Source of the DNA: Arcobacteraceae bacterium
GTDB lineage: Bacteria; Campylobacterota; Campylobacteria; Campylobacterales; Arcobacteraceae
Assembly: GCA_963662945.1 (NCBI GenBank)
Contig: OY759974.1
Span: forward strand, 1,760,001-1,824,000
Direction of reading: 5' to 3'
DNA: 64,000 nt
The notes beneath the pieces are model-generated. The model was not told the DNA's origin. It ran no database searches and saw only the letters and a list, made by a program, of their open reading frames with translations. A program made the translations under genes and the position numbers. Shown here one piece after another: positions 33,121-43,807 of the stretch (positions are counted from its first letter, which is position 1; the number at the start of each line of letters is the position of its first letter).

Positions 33121-33833
33121 TGTTAAAATTATTTCTTGCTATTTGCTTTACAACTGTTATATTTGCTGATAATTTATTGATGCAAATAGATAAGAAGTTA
33201 TCTCCTGGTAGTAGCGAAAGCTATAAAAAGCTTATTAATATAGAACCAGATGGAACAAAAAAAGAGTTTTTATTATATCAGGCAAAAAAAGATAGTGATA
33301 AAATGGTATCACTATTTTTACAGCCTGAGTCTGAAAAAGGACGAAGTACTTTAAGACTTGGTGAAAATATGTGGTTGTTTCTTCCTGAAGTTGGAAAAGC
33401 TATACGAGTAACATCTATGCAGAGTGTTGTTGGAGGAGTTTTTAACAATAGCGATATTATGAGACTTGATTTTTCTGCTGAATATGATATTGTTTTTCAA
33501 GAAGAGAAAGCTGATGAGATTATTTTAACAGTAAAAGCAAAAAATGATACTGTTGCTTATGATAAATTAATTATGAGTGTTGATAAAACTTCAATAACAC
33601 CCAAAGAGATACAATGTTATAGTTCAACTGATATGCTTATTAAAACTTTGTATTATAAAGATTTAAAAGATTTTGGTCATGGGATTGTCCGTCCTGCTTT
33701 GATAGAAACAAATTCACCTTTATATAAAGGGTATAAATCAATTATGGTATATGGAAAAATTACACCTAAAGATTTTAGTGATGAAGCTTTTACCTTAGAT
33801 AATTTAGGCAAAGTATCAGATTTACGAAGATAA
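33120..33833 (+). CDS. LolA-like outer-membrane lipoprotein-sorting family protein
   Basis: Signal peptide; F..PESEKGRSTL; NMWLFLP; FNNSDI; F...AFT. Confidence 0.8.
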   Translation: MLKLFLAICFTTVIFADNLLMQIDKKLSPGSSESYKKLINIEPDGTKKEFLLYQAKKDSDKMVSLFLQPESEKGRSTLRLGENMWLFLPEVGKAIRVTSMQSVVGGVFNNSDIMRLDFSAEYDIVFQEEKADEIILTVKAKNDTVAYDKLIMSVDKTSITPKEIQCYSSTDMLIKTLYYKDLKDFGHGIVRPALIETNSPLYKGYKSIMVYGKITPKDFSDEAFTLDNLGKVSDLRR

Positions 33834-33836
33834 TTT

Positions 33837-34952
33837 ATGCAAAAGTTATCTCTTCTTTTTTTATGTTATGCAACATTATTAGTTGCAGATGATTATAGTT
33901 TTGATTTTAAAGAACTTGAAAAAATAGAAGTAAAAACCTATGAATATACAGGGTATATAAAAGGGGAGCATAAATATCAAGATCTTAACCAAAATTCACC
34001 TAGTTTTCCATCAAAAAATAAATCAAATATGGAAAGCTATTTTGGAGAGGCTTTTTTAAATTATAAATATTTTTATAATGAATTTACATTTGAAACTGAA
34101 TTTATGGCAAACTATGAAAATATTGATTTCAATGAAGAAGATACTTATACAACAAATCAACTTTTTACAAATTATAAATATAATGATAATCATCAACTAA
34201 ATCTTGGGAAAAAAACAGCAACTTGGGGGAAAGGTTATTTTTTTAATCCCATTGCTTTTATAGATAGAAAAAAAGATCCGACAAATCCTGAAGCAAGCAA
34301 AGAAGGATATACAGTTATTAATTATAAATATAATAAAACTTTTCAAAATGAGCTACAAAATTTGACTTTTGACGCTGTATACTTACGAACAACTTCTCAT
34401 ATAAATGAAGACTTTTATAATCAAAACTCTAATACTTTAGTTTTAAAAACGTATTTGTTGTATCAAGATATTGATATAGATTTTGTTTATCTTTATAATG
34501 ATAAATTACCTAATAAATGGGGAGTAGATTTTTCTACTAATCTTCAAACCAATTTTGAAATTCATGGTGAATATGGAAGAAGTGACGATAGTTTATATTC
34601 TTATTTAATTGGTTTAAAATACCTTACTGATTCTGATTTAACAATAATAAGTGAATATTTTTACCAAAATAAAGAATTATCTAAAACACTGAGTTTTTGG
34701 GATAATAGATATATGATAAATAAATTAACTCAAAAAGAGCCGTTTGATATACTTTATTTTAGTGTTTATTTTAAAAATATGTACAATTTTGATGATAATT
34801 CACAACAAAATAATTTAGGACTTATTTATACAAAAATAAAAAATCTTACTATTGACTTTTCTGTAGGGAAGAACTCGGGAAATAGTAGAAGTGAATTTGG
34901 AACAAAATTAGTGGAAAAATTCACATGGCTACAACTAAAATATAATTTTTAA
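33837..34952 (+). CDS. Putative outer-membrane beta-barrel protein
   Basis: Signal peptide; GKK..TWGKGYFFNP; C-terminal WLQLKYNF beta-signal. Confidence 0.7.
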   Translation: MQKLSLLFLCYATLLVADDYSFDFKELEKIEVKTYEYTGYIKGEHKYQDLNQNSPSFPSKNKSNMESYFGEAFLNYKYFYNEFTFETEFMANYENIDFNEEDTYTTNQLFTNYKYNDNHQLNLGKKTATWGKGYFFNPIAFIDRKKDPTNPEASKEGYTVINYKYNKTFQNELQNLTFDAVYLRTTSHINEDFYNQNSNTLVLKTYLLYQDIDIDFVYLYNDKLPNKWGVDFSTNLQTNFEIHGEYGRSDDSLYSYLIGLKYLTDSDLTIISEYFYQNKELSKTLSFWDNRYMINKLTQKEPFDILYFSVYFKNMYNFDDNSQQNNLGLIYTKIKNLTIDFSVGKNSGNSRSEFGTKLVEKFTWLQLKYNF

Positions 34953-35194
34953 ATCGTTTTTTATTGAGGTGAAATTATTATTTTTTTTGTAAGATTAAGA
35001 TATTCTATAAAACTAGAAAATATACTAAAGACTTTTATGGGACTCTTTTATGTTAAAATACAGGTTTTAAGTAAAGATTATTTGATTAATAGATTTACAA
35101 TAGAACATTAAATTATTATGAAAAGGTTTGGAATGAACAATATAAAAAATTTAGGTGCAACTTCTGAGTTTGTTGTATCACTATAGGATTACTG

Positions 35195-37687
35195 ATGATA
35201 GTTAGAGGTATTTTATTACTAAGTATTTTTTTTATTTTTGCTAACGCAGTTGAAAAAAAAGTATCAATCCAACTTTTATGGAAACATCAATTTGAATTTG
35301 CAGGGTATTATGTAGCAAAAGAAAAAGGTTTTTATAAAGAGGTAGGATTAGATGTAGATATAAAAGAGTATGAATTTGGAGTAAACATCGCTAAAGATGT
35401 GAGTGATGGTAAAAGTGATTTTGGAGTTGATAGTTCGGCTTTAATTTTAGACAAAATTCATGGACTAGATGTTTATTTACTTATGCCTACTTTACAAACG
35501 TCCCCTTTTGTATTATTAGCAAAAAAACGAGATGATTTAAAAACTGTTTCTGATTTAAAAGGTAAACGAGTTATGTTTACTCCAAATCAAGTAACTATGG
35601 CTTCATTGAATGCAATGTTTAAAGTAAATAATCTTTCTAGTAAAGATTTTATCTCTCAAGAACATAGTTTTAATACACAAGATTTAATAGATGGAAAAAC
35701 AGATGCTTTAACAGCTTATATTTCTAATGAACCTTTTTATATGATAGAAAAGAATCAAGACTATACTATTTTTAACCCCTCTGATTATGGTTTTAATTTT
35801 TATGATAATATTCTTTTTACTTCGCAAAAACTTTTTAAAAAAGATCCTCAATTAGTAAAAAATTTTTATGAAGCAACGAAAAAAGGTTGGGAGTATGCAT
35901 TTACTAACGTGGAAGAGAGTGCGAAAATTATACAGCAAAAGTATAATACGCAAAATAAATCATTAAAACATTTGATTTTTGAAGGAAATGAGCTTAAAAA
36001 ATTAAGTCATTTTGGGGCAAATGAGTATCATAAATTTAAGCCAGAAATCATCAGTCAAATTATACAAACATATAATTTATTGGATATTTCTAAATCGACA
36101 GTTGATATAAAAGAATTAATATATCCAGATGCAATGTATGTTGAAAGTAGTATTGATTATACACTTTTATTAGAGATTGTAGGTGCAATTTTAGTTTTAT
36201 TTATAGGATTTTATTATTGGAATAGAAAGTTATCATATCTTAATAAAACGATTCAAAAAAGTAGAAATAAAATTGCAGTATTACTTGATAATGCGGGACA
36301 AGGCTTTTTAACTTTTGATACAAACTTTATTGTTGATGATGAATATTCAACAGAGTGTACTAAAATTTTAGGAAATAATATTGCATCTCAAGATATTGCT
36401 GATTTATTATTTACAGATAGTGCTAAAAAAGAGTTTTTTAAAAATACATTAAAACTGTTATTACAAGAGAAAAATGAAATTAAAAGAAAATCTCTTATAT
36501 CTTTATTACCTCAAATAATTATAATAAATAAAAAAGCTATTAAAATAGAATATAAAGTTTTGGATGAAAGTTACTTTATGTTGATTTTAACAAATATTAC
36601 ATCACAAAAGAAGCTTGAAAACAAAGTCAAAAAAGAGCAAGAAACGTTAAAAATGATTGTAGCTATTGTAAGTGAATCTGAAATGTTTTTTGATTTAAAA
36701 AAAGAGTACATAAATTTTATCCATTCATATTCAACTTTTGTAGACTTAGATAAAACGCCTTTACACAATATAAGTAGTATTTATAGAATGATACATACAT
36801 TTAAAGGGACTTTTTCGCAATTATATATGCAAAATATAGTTGCTTTTTTACATCAATTAGAAAATGAAATATCTCATTTACAAATTAAAAGTAGTAGTTC
36901 TAATGAACAGTTATTAGAACTTTTAGATAATAGTGATTTTAATAAAAGTTTGAATATTACATTTAATATTATTAAAGAGGTTTTAGGTTCAGAGTTTTTA
37001 GAATCAGATAATTTTGTAAAGATAGATTATTTAGATATTGTAGATTTACAAGAAAAAATTGAAAATGTTTTAGGTAAACTCAAAGAAACAACACCTGAGT
37101 GTTATGAATTATTGTGTCAAGTACAAAATCTTTCTAGTACAAAACTCATAACACTATTACATCCATTTATTGCATCTACAAAACAGTTATCATCAAGACT
37201 TGAAAAAGAGATTTACGATTTTGAGATTATTGGAGATAGTAATATTGCTTTACCTGATAAATATAAACCTATGATAAAATCATTAGTTCATATTTTTAGA
37301 AACTGTATTGATCATGGGATTGAAAGTCCAGAAGTAAGATTGGAAAAAAATAAAGATGAAGTTGGTACTATCGCTTGTAACTTTGTTGTTGAAGATAGTA
37401 ATTTAATCATATCAATTTCAGATGATGGGGAAGGAATTAATTTAGATAAATTTAGAACTAAACTTAAAGAAAAAAATATTGATATTACAAATTTATCAGA
37501 AAATGAAATTTATCAATTCATTTTTGATGATAATTTTACAACAAATGAAAAATTATCAGACATCTCAGGAAGAGGAATTGGTATGAGTGCTGTAAAAAAT
37601 GAAGTTGATAAACTCAATGGAGTGATTAATATAAATTCACAAAAAGATAGTGGAACTACTTTTGAAATAGTAGTACCCCTTTCATAA
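35195..37687 (+). CDS. Membrane-anchored CheA-like kinase: NMT1/THI5-type periplasmic binding domain, TM, PAS-like, Hpt, HATPase (no CheW domain)
   Basis: LLWKHQFEFAGYYVAKEKGFY; IHTFKG; HIFRNCIDHGIE; DDGEG; SGRGIGMSAVK. Confidence 0.85.
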   Translation: MIVRGILLLSIFFIFANAVEKKVSIQLLWKHQFEFAGYYVAKEKGFYKEVGLDVDIKEYEFGVNIAKDVSDGKSDFGVDSSALILDKIHGLDVYLLMPTLQTSPFVLLAKKRDDLKTVSDLKGKRVMFTPNQVTMASLNAMFKVNNLSSKDFISQEHSFNTQDLIDGKTDALTAYISNEPFYMIEKNQDYTIFNPSDYGFNFYDNILFTSQKLFKKDPQLVKNFYEATKKGWEYAFTNVEESAKIIQQKYNTQNKSLKHLIFEGNELKKLSHFGANEYHKFKPEIISQIIQTYNLLDISKSTVDIKELIYPDAMYVESSIDYTLLLEIVGAILVLFIGFYYWNRKLSYLNKTIQKSRNKIAVLLDNAGQGFLTFDTNFIVDDEYSTECTKILGNNIASQDIADLLFTDSAKKEFFKNTLKLLLQEKNEIKRKSLISLLPQIIIINKKAIKIEYKVLDESYFMLILTNITSQKKLENKVKKEQETLKMIVAIVSESEMFFDLKKEYINFIHSYSTFVDLDKTPLHNISSIYRMIHTFKGTFSQLYMQNIVAFLHQLENEISHLQIKSSSSNEQLLELLDNSDFNKSLNITFNIIKEVLGSEFLESDNFVKIDYLDIVDLQEKIENVLGKLKETTPECYELLCQVQNLSSTKLITLLHPFIASTKQLSSRLEKEIYDFEIIGDSNIALPDKYKPMIKSLVHIFRNCIDHGIESPEVRLEKNKDEVGTIACNFVVEDSNLIISISDDGEGINLDKFRTKLKEKNIDITNLSENEIYQFIFDDNFTTNEKLSDISGRGIGMSAVKNEVDKLNGVININSQKDSGTTFEIVVPLS

Positions 37688-37707
37688 AACTAGAAAAGGA
37701 AATAAAT

Positions 37708-38181
37708 ATGATATTAGATGCATTAATACTTCAATCAAAACTTTTTTTGTCTGAAGATATGGGAATAGATATAAATAATATAACAATTGATGAACTTAAT
37801 CCAGATAAATTGATTTTAAAAGATTATACTTCAATGATTGGTACTGGTGGAACTCTTAATTTAATGATTATTATTAGTTATGATAGTAATTTATTAAATC
37901 ATTTAGTGACACTTTTTATGGATGGTGAAGAGGTAGCACAAGATGAAATGGTTGAAGTGATTGATAGTGTGTCTGGAGAAACAATTAATACTATTATAGG
38001 GCTTGCTTTACCAACATTTCCAAATAGAGGTAAAGGTGTGACTATTACTCCACCAATTACGATAAATGATGCTTCAAATATTAAAAAATATAAAAACTCT
38101 AAAATAGTAAGTGCCAATATAGTAACACAATATGGTGAATTAAGTATTAGTGCCGTTGGTACAGAAGAATCAATAAAATAA
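37708..38181 (+). CDS. cheX: CheX-like phosphatase
   Basis: GETINTIIG (ExxN); ITPPITI; located between kinase and CheY. Confidence 0.75.
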   Translation: MILDALILQSKLFLSEDMGIDINNITIDELNPDKLILKDYTSMIGTGGTLNLMIIISYDSNLLNHLVTLFMDGEEVAQDEMVEVIDSVSGETINTIIGLALPTFPNRGKGVTITPPITINDASNIKKYKNSKIVSANIVTQYGELSISAVGTEESIK

Positions 38182-38199
38182 GAAAAAAGGATAAAAAAT

Positions 38200-38613
38200 A
38201 TGTTAAAAGTTTTAGTAGTAGATGATTCACTTATTATAAGAAAAAAGATTACAAATTTATTAGAAAAATTAGGTCATGAGGTTGTTTTTAGTGCAACAAA
38301 TGGTCAAGAAGCGATTGATGGATATAATCAAACAAAACCAGATTTAGTAACAATGGATATAACAATGCCAGATATGGATGGTATAACAGCTGTAAAAAAT
38401 ATTATAAAAGATAATGCAGATGCTAAAATAATTATGGTAACATCTCATGGACAAGAAGATATGGTTATTAAATCAATTCAAGCAGGGGCTGTTGGATATA
38501 TGCTAAAACCTATTACTGAAGATAAATTAGCAGCTTCAATTGGTGAAGTTTTTATTGAATATGCTGTTGATGAAGAAGATGAAGATTTAGATATTTTAGA
38601 TGATGAGATTTAG
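38200..38613 (+). CDS. Single-domain response regulator (CheY-like)
   Basis: VVDD; MDITMPDMDG; KP; acidic tail. Confidence 0.92.
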   Translation: MLKVLVVDDSLIIRKKITNLLEKLGHEVVFSATNGQEAIDGYNQTKPDLVTMDITMPDMDGITAVKNIIKDNADAKIIMVTSHGQEDMVIKSIQAGAVGYMLKPITEDKLAASIGEVFIEYAVDEEDEDLDILDDEI

Positions 38614-38623
38614 GATTTAAAGA

Positions 38624-39556
38624 ATGGAAGAAAACAAACTTTTTGAAGCACTTTTAGATGTAATACCCTTTGCTGCATATGCCGTAGATATTGAGACTTA
38701 TGAAGTGGTATACGCAAATAAACTAATGGGAGAAAGTTTGTATGCACCGAGAGAAAACTTTTGTTGGAAAAAAGTTTTTGGACAAAATGAAGTTTGTAGT
38801 TGGTGTACAATTTCAGAGTTAAAGCAAAGAAAAGCTATTTATCATAGTGAAAAACTTGTTACAAACTTTTTTGATGAAGTAACTGACAAATGGCTTCAAA
38901 GTTACGATGAGCTTGTTAGATGGCCTGATGGAAGAACTGTAAAATACTCCATAGCTGTTGATATTACAGAACAAAAAGAGATACAAGCAAATATGATTAA
39001 AACTCATACAAAGCTTGCAATACAAACAAAAGCGTTACGAGAAGCTAATGAAAAGTTAGAATATATGGCTACAAAAGATTACTTAACAGGGATTAATAAT
39101 AGGGGTAGTTTTTTTGAACAAGCGAAAAAAATATGGGAACAGCCACTCAAAACAAATGAAAAAATATATATAGCTATGTTTGATCTTGATAAATTTAAAA
39201 ATATTAATGATACTTATGGACATCAAGTAGGGGATACAGTGCTTAAAGAATTTGCTAAGAGTGTTTCCTCAAATATAGATGAAAATGATATATTCGCTAG
39301 AATTGGTGGCGAAGAATTTGTTTTATTAACTATAAGTGAAGATGAAAAAAAAGTAATAGAAAAACTTGAAAAAATGAGACAAAATGTAGAAAATTTATCT
39401 TTAACTTCTCAAAAGGAGAATTTACAATTGACAGTATCAATTGGACTAAGTTCTAAACTTGATAATCAAACAATAGATCAAACTCTTGATTTCGCAGATA
39501 AAAAACTTTATGAAGCAAAAAATAGTGGAAGAAATAACATAAAGTTTAGATTATAA
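38624..39556 (+). CDS. Cys-PAS diguanylate cyclase
   Basis: PAS with C-x10-C-x2-C; DYLTG; RIGGEEF. Confidence 0.9.
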   Translation: MEENKLFEALLDVIPFAAYAVDIETYEVVYANKLMGESLYAPRENFCWKKVFGQNEVCSWCTISELKQRKAIYHSEKLVTNFFDEVTDKWLQSYDELVRWPDGRTVKYSIAVDITEQKEIQANMIKTHTKLAIQTKALREANEKLEYMATKDYLTGINNRGSFFEQAKKIWEQPLKTNEKIYIAMFDLDKFKNINDTYGHQVGDTVLKEFAKSVSSNIDENDIFARIGGEEFVLLTISEDEKKVIEKLEKMRQNVENLSLTSQKENLQLTVSIGLSSKLDNQTIDQTLDFADKKLYEAKNSGRNNIKFRL

Positions 39557-39570
39557 ATTAGGGATGCAAT

Positions 39571-41781
39571 ATGTTAGAAAATAAATTATTTGAAGCATTA
39601 TTAGATGTTATTCCTTTTGGGGCATATGCTGTAGATGTAGAAACTTATGAAATTGTTTATGCAAATAAAATAGTAAGAGAAAATATGTATGCACCACAAG
39701 AAACATATTGCTGGGAAAAAATATACGGACAAAATGAGATTTGTAGTTGGTGTAGTATTATAAATCTTCAACAACGAGTTCGCGGGGTTAAAAAAGAAAA
39801 ATATACTTGTGAGTTTTTTGATGAAATAGATGATAAATGGATAAAGTCTTATGATGAACTTATATGCTGGCCAGATGGTAGAGATGTAAAATACTCCATT
39901 TTAGTTGATACTACTGATCAAAAAGCAACTCAAGGTTCAATGATACAATCTCATGCAAAATTAGCAGTAAAATCAAAGCAGATTACAAAAACAAATCAAA
40001 ATCTTCAAATAACAAAATTAAAACTTCAAAAAACAGTAAGAGAACTTCAAGAACAAAAAGAAAAAGCAGAAGAAGCAACAAAGTTTAAATCAAATTTTTT
40101 AGCAAATATGAGTCATGAAATCAGAACACCAATGAATGGTATTTTAGGTATGACACATTTAGCACTTCAAACAGATGATATAGTAAAACAAAAAGAGTAC
40201 ATACAAAAAATTGATAGTTCAGCAAAAAACTTATTATATATTATAAATGATATTTTAGATTTTTCTAAAATAGAAGCAGGAAAATTAGAAGTTGAAAAGA
40301 TAAGTTTTGATATGAAAAGTGTTATAACAAATCTTCGAAATATTACTGAACTTAAAGCTGATGAAAAAAATATTTCATATGAAATATTTTATGAAGAGGA
40401 AAATAGTATTTATATAGGTGATCCAATACGACTTGGGCAAATTTTGATAAATTTAGTTAATAATGCAATAAAGTTTACTCACAGTGGAGGAGTTCAAGTT
40501 TATGTTGAAAGCTTAGATAATACTGTTAGATTTATAGTAAAAGACAGTGGAATTGGGATTACAAAAGAACAACAAAAAATATTATTTCAATCTTTTTCTC
40601 AAGCAGATGTTAGTACAACTAGAAAATATGGTGGTACAGGTTTAGGATTGTCCATATCTAAACAACTTGTTGAGATGATGGGTGGTAAAATTGAAATTTA
40701 TAGTGAATTTGGAAAGGGAAGTGAATTTGTATTTGAATTACCTTTACAAAAAGGGTTAGAAGATAGTATTGACACACCAGTTCAGTCATTAAATCAATTA
40801 TTACAACAAATGACATTATTGGATAAAGTGAAAATACTTTTAGTAGAAGACAATGAAACGAATCGATTTTTAATTCAAGGACTTCTTGAGTTTGATTCCA
40901 TCGAGGTTGTAAATGCATATGATGGAAAAATGGCGGTAGATATTTTTCAAAAGTTTTCAAATGATTTTGATTTGATTTTAATGGATATTCAAATGCCTGT
41001 TATGGATGGATACGAAGCTACCAAAATTATAAGAGAACAAAATCAACAAATACCAATTATCGCATTAAGTGCAAATGCGATGGTTCAAGATATTCAAAAT
41101 AGTAAAAATGCGCAGATGAATGAGCATTTAAATAAACCATTAGAAGTTGAATCACTTTATCGATGTATTTTAAAATATTGTACAAAGAAAAAAATAGTAG
41201 TATCTCCAAATAATAGTGAAGATATTATTGTTATCCCAATATTAAAACATATTGATATCAATTATGGGCTGACTATGGTCAATCAGAATAGAAAGTTATA
41301 TGTGAAAATTTTATTAAGTTTTTATGATAATTATTCTAATTTAAATTTAGAATCTTTAAGTAAAGAAGAATTTTTAAGAACTATTCATACATTAAAAGGT
41401 TTGAGTGCAAATATTGGTGCAAAAGATTTTTATGAAATTATAAAACACATTGAAAGTGTAGAAGATAGTTTTTTTATAGAACAGTTTTATAAAGAATTGA
41501 AATTGATTTTAGAAGAAATTAAAGAGTTGAAAAATATAAAATATTCTCAAGATAATAAAGAAAAGTTAGATATTGATGAAAATGAAAAAAACATTTTGTT
41601 TGACAATCTAAAACAAGCACTGATGACAAAAAAACCTAAAAAATGTTATGACGTAATAGAGGTATTAAATAAATATAAATTAAATGAAGAAGATAAAAAA
41701 CTATTTGAAAGTACAAAAAAATTTATAGAAAAATTTAATTTTAACGAAGCCCTAAAATTATTTGAAAGTGTAAATCATTAA
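39571..41781 (+). CDS. Hybrid histidine kinase (Cys-PAS, HisKA, HATPase, REC, Hpt)
   Basis: [32 protein letters not shown]. Confidence 0.93.
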   Translation: MLENKLFEALLDVIPFGAYAVDVETYEIVYANKIVRENMYAPQETYCWEKIYGQNEICSWCSIINLQQRVRGVKKEKYTCEFFDEIDDKWIKSYDELICWPDGRDVKYSILVDTTDQKATQGSMIQSHAKLAVKSKQITKTNQNLQITKLKLQKTVRELQEQKEKAEEATKFKSNFLANMSHEIRTPMNGILGMTHLALQTDDIVKQKEYIQKIDSSAKNLLYIINDILDFSKIEAGKLEVEKISFDMKSVITNLRNITELKADEKNISYEIFYEEENSIYIGDPIRLGQILINLVNNAIKFTHSGGVQVYVESLDNTVRFIVKDSGIGITKEQQKILFQSFSQADVSTTRKYGGTGLGLSISKQLVEMMGGKIEIYSEFGKGSEFVFELPLQKGLEDSIDTPVQSLNQLLQQMTLLDKVKILLVEDNETNRFLIQGLLEFDSIEVVNAYDGKMAVDIFQKFSNDFDLILMDIQMPVMDGYEATKIIREQNQQIPIIALSANAMVQDIQNSKNAQMNEHLNKPLEVESLYRCILKYCTKKKIVVSPNNSEDIIVIPILKHIDINYGLTMVNQNRKLYVKILLSFYDNYSNLNLESLSKEEFLRTIHTLKGLSANIGAKDFYEIIKHIESVEDSFFIEQFYKELKLILEEIKELKNIKYSQDNKEKLDIDENEKNILFDNLKQALMTKKPKKCYDVIEVLNKYKLNEEDKKLFESTKKFIEKFNFNEALKLFESVNH

Positions 41782-42065
41782 AGAACAAGTTTTAATTTTT
41801 TTTGTTCATTATTTTTAAAAATCATTTTTATTTGTTTATCATCTAATAATAGTTGTTTAAGTATTTTTGTTTCAATATTTGTAATTTCTTTTTTCTCAAG
41901 AAAATCATCTATTATCTCTTTTGCTGAATCAATATCAGTATTTTGAGTAAATTCAATAAGTAGTGAGTTATCACTAAGTACAATCTTTTGATTTGATATT
42001 CTAAAATTTTTAAATTTGCCTGTAAGCTTAAAAAACTCTAGTTTATTTCGTCTTGATAAGTACAC
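41778..42065 (-). CDS. Hypothetical protein (may start at ATC 42098)
   Basis: 95-aa ORF filling the gap between convergent genes; upstream AGGAG. Confidence 0.55.
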   Translation of the reverse strand: MYLSRRNKLEFFKLTGKFKNFRISNQKIVLSDNSLLIEFTQNTDIDSAKEIIDDFLEKKEITNIETKILKQLLLDDKQIKMIFKNNEQKKLKLVL

Positions 42066-42184
42066 ATAATTTTTTATGTATATAAATTTTTCTTCGATAA
42101 TAAACTCCTAAATAATTACAAAATATCCTTCATATTATTATAAAAATAGACTTAACTTTAGGTTAACTTAATTTTAAACGTATA

Positions 42185-42493
42185 CTAGGAATTACATTTT
42201 TTTTCTAGATCAGGTATTTCCATATTAAGGTAACTAATCTCTTTTAGAATTGACTGCCTAAATTGGTCTAGAGGTTTTCTTACACTATAGTATGCCCATC
42301 TTCCTTTTCTATCAACTTTTAAAAAACCTGCATCTTTAAGTATTTTTAAATGTCGTGATATTCTTGACTGTATCATCCCAAATGAGTTTTCAATGTCACA
42401 AACACATACTTCGCCATTTATATTTATAAAATGAAGTATTTTAATTCTTGTTTCATCATTTAAACTACTGATTGTTTTTAGAAATATCTCCAT
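42185..42493 (-). CDS. arsR: ArsR/SmtB family repressor
   Basis: EVCVCDI; QSRISRHLKILK; RKGRWAYY. Confidence 0.9.
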   Translation of the reverse strand: MEIFLKTISSLNDETRIKILHFININGEVCVCDIENSFGMIQSRISRHLKILKDAGFLKVDRKGRWAYYSVRKPLDQFRQSILKEISYLNMEIPDLEKKCNS

Positions 42494-42502
42494 ACTCTAT
42501 CT

Positions 42503-43804
42503 TTATTTGAATTTTATAATAATCATACCACAAAATTTATTGTCATTATCATAAAACTCAACTCTAAAACTTTTTTGTTCCTTGTCAACAGCAAATCTAT
42601 CGAGAATATCTTTTTTTGAAATAAGAATATTATTTTCATTATCAACATTATCTTTACTAAAACCAATAATATTGACCCTGAAGTTTGTAGAGGCATTAAT
42701 TTTAAAGGTCTTATTTACTTCGATAATATCACCAAATTTAGCAATTTTATTTTCATTGTCAACAACTAATTTTATATCATCTTTTAAATCACAATATTCA
42801 AAGTATTGGGGAATTAAAGTCCCAACTCTTTTGTTTCCTATCATAAAATTATAATTTCCTTTGTATTTTACAATAGCCCCTAGTGGATGTTCAAATTTAA
42901 AAATATTATCACTATTTTTAAGTGGAAAATAGTAGTTTGTAGATTTTATAGTTTCTAAATCAAGGGTAATACGGTCATTGATTTTGACTTTTTTATAGTT
43001 ATTTAAAATAGCTTCTAGTTGTTCAAGGTTATCTAAATCAAAATTTCTTTCATATTCAATTCCCATAATATTCATAAAACTCTCAATGGCTTTGAGTTGA
43101 TATTTTACTTTTTTAACTAAATCAGTAATATTTTTACTAGTTTCTACTGCAAATGCAGGTTTATGATGTGTGATGGCAAAATAGGTAAGGGAAAGTTGCA
43201 TCTGTTCATCTTTCTCTTTTGTTTTTGTATTTTTTATATTAAAAGAGTGATGATTTTCTACCAGTCCATTATTGAGGTCAACACTCACTTGTTTTGCAAT
43301 CTCATCAAGATTTGAAAATTTTATATCTTTATGAATTTTAGTTTGATCTATAATAAAAGCTTGTCCCCAAGCACTAGGATTAAAAATAGAACTTTCCCAT
43401 TTATGTCTATAAAATCCTCTTCCATCGTGCAGATTCAAAATTAAATCCACTTTTTTATCTAAGATAAGTTTTTTTATATTTTGTACAGTTTCATAATCTT
43501 CATCATTTTTTTCTACTTTATTGAATTTTCTATTCATATCTCCGTAGATTCCACGTTGATTTCTGACAATACTATCAAAATTGAGGTTTGGTACTATCCA
43601 AAGAGAGCCTTTTTTGATAGTATAATTTTGAATTAATACAGAAGGAGCAAAATACCCACCAGGCTCATCACCGTGAATTCCACCAATCACTAATAAAGTA
43701 TTTTCCCCTTGAGCCTCTTTTTTGTGTAAATCAAAGTTAAGAATTGCTCCCATTAAAATATTTGTGATTAAAGTCACTAGTAAAAATGGTTTAAAAAGAT
43801 TCAT
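42503..43804 (-). CDS. M99/M14 peptidoglycan carboxypeptidase (Csd4/Pgp1-like)
   Basis: GGIHGDEPGG; GDMNRKF; LNLHDG; signal peptide. Confidence 0.82.
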   Translation of the reverse strand: MNLFKPFLLVTLITNILMGAILNFDLHKKEAQGENTLLVIGGIHGDEPGGYFAPSVLIQNYTIKKGSLWIVPNLNFDSIVRNQRGIYGDMNRKFNKVEKNDEDYETVQNIKKLILDKKVDLILNLHDGRGFYRHKWESSIFNPSAWGQAFIIDQTKIHKDIKFSNLDEIAKQVSVDLNNGLVENHHSFNIKNTKTKEKDEQMQLSLTYFAITHHKPAFAVETSKNITDLVKKVKYQLKAIESFMNIMGIEYERNFDLDNLEQLEAILNNYKKVKINDRITLDLETIKSTNYYFPLKNSDNIFKFEHPLGAIVKYKGNYNFMIGNKRVGTLIPQYFEYCDLKDDIKLVVDNENKIAKFGDIIEVNKTFKINASTNFRVNIIGFSKDNVDNENNILISKKDILDRFAVDKEQKSFRVEFYDNDNKFCGMIIIKFK

Positions 43805-43807
43805 ACT

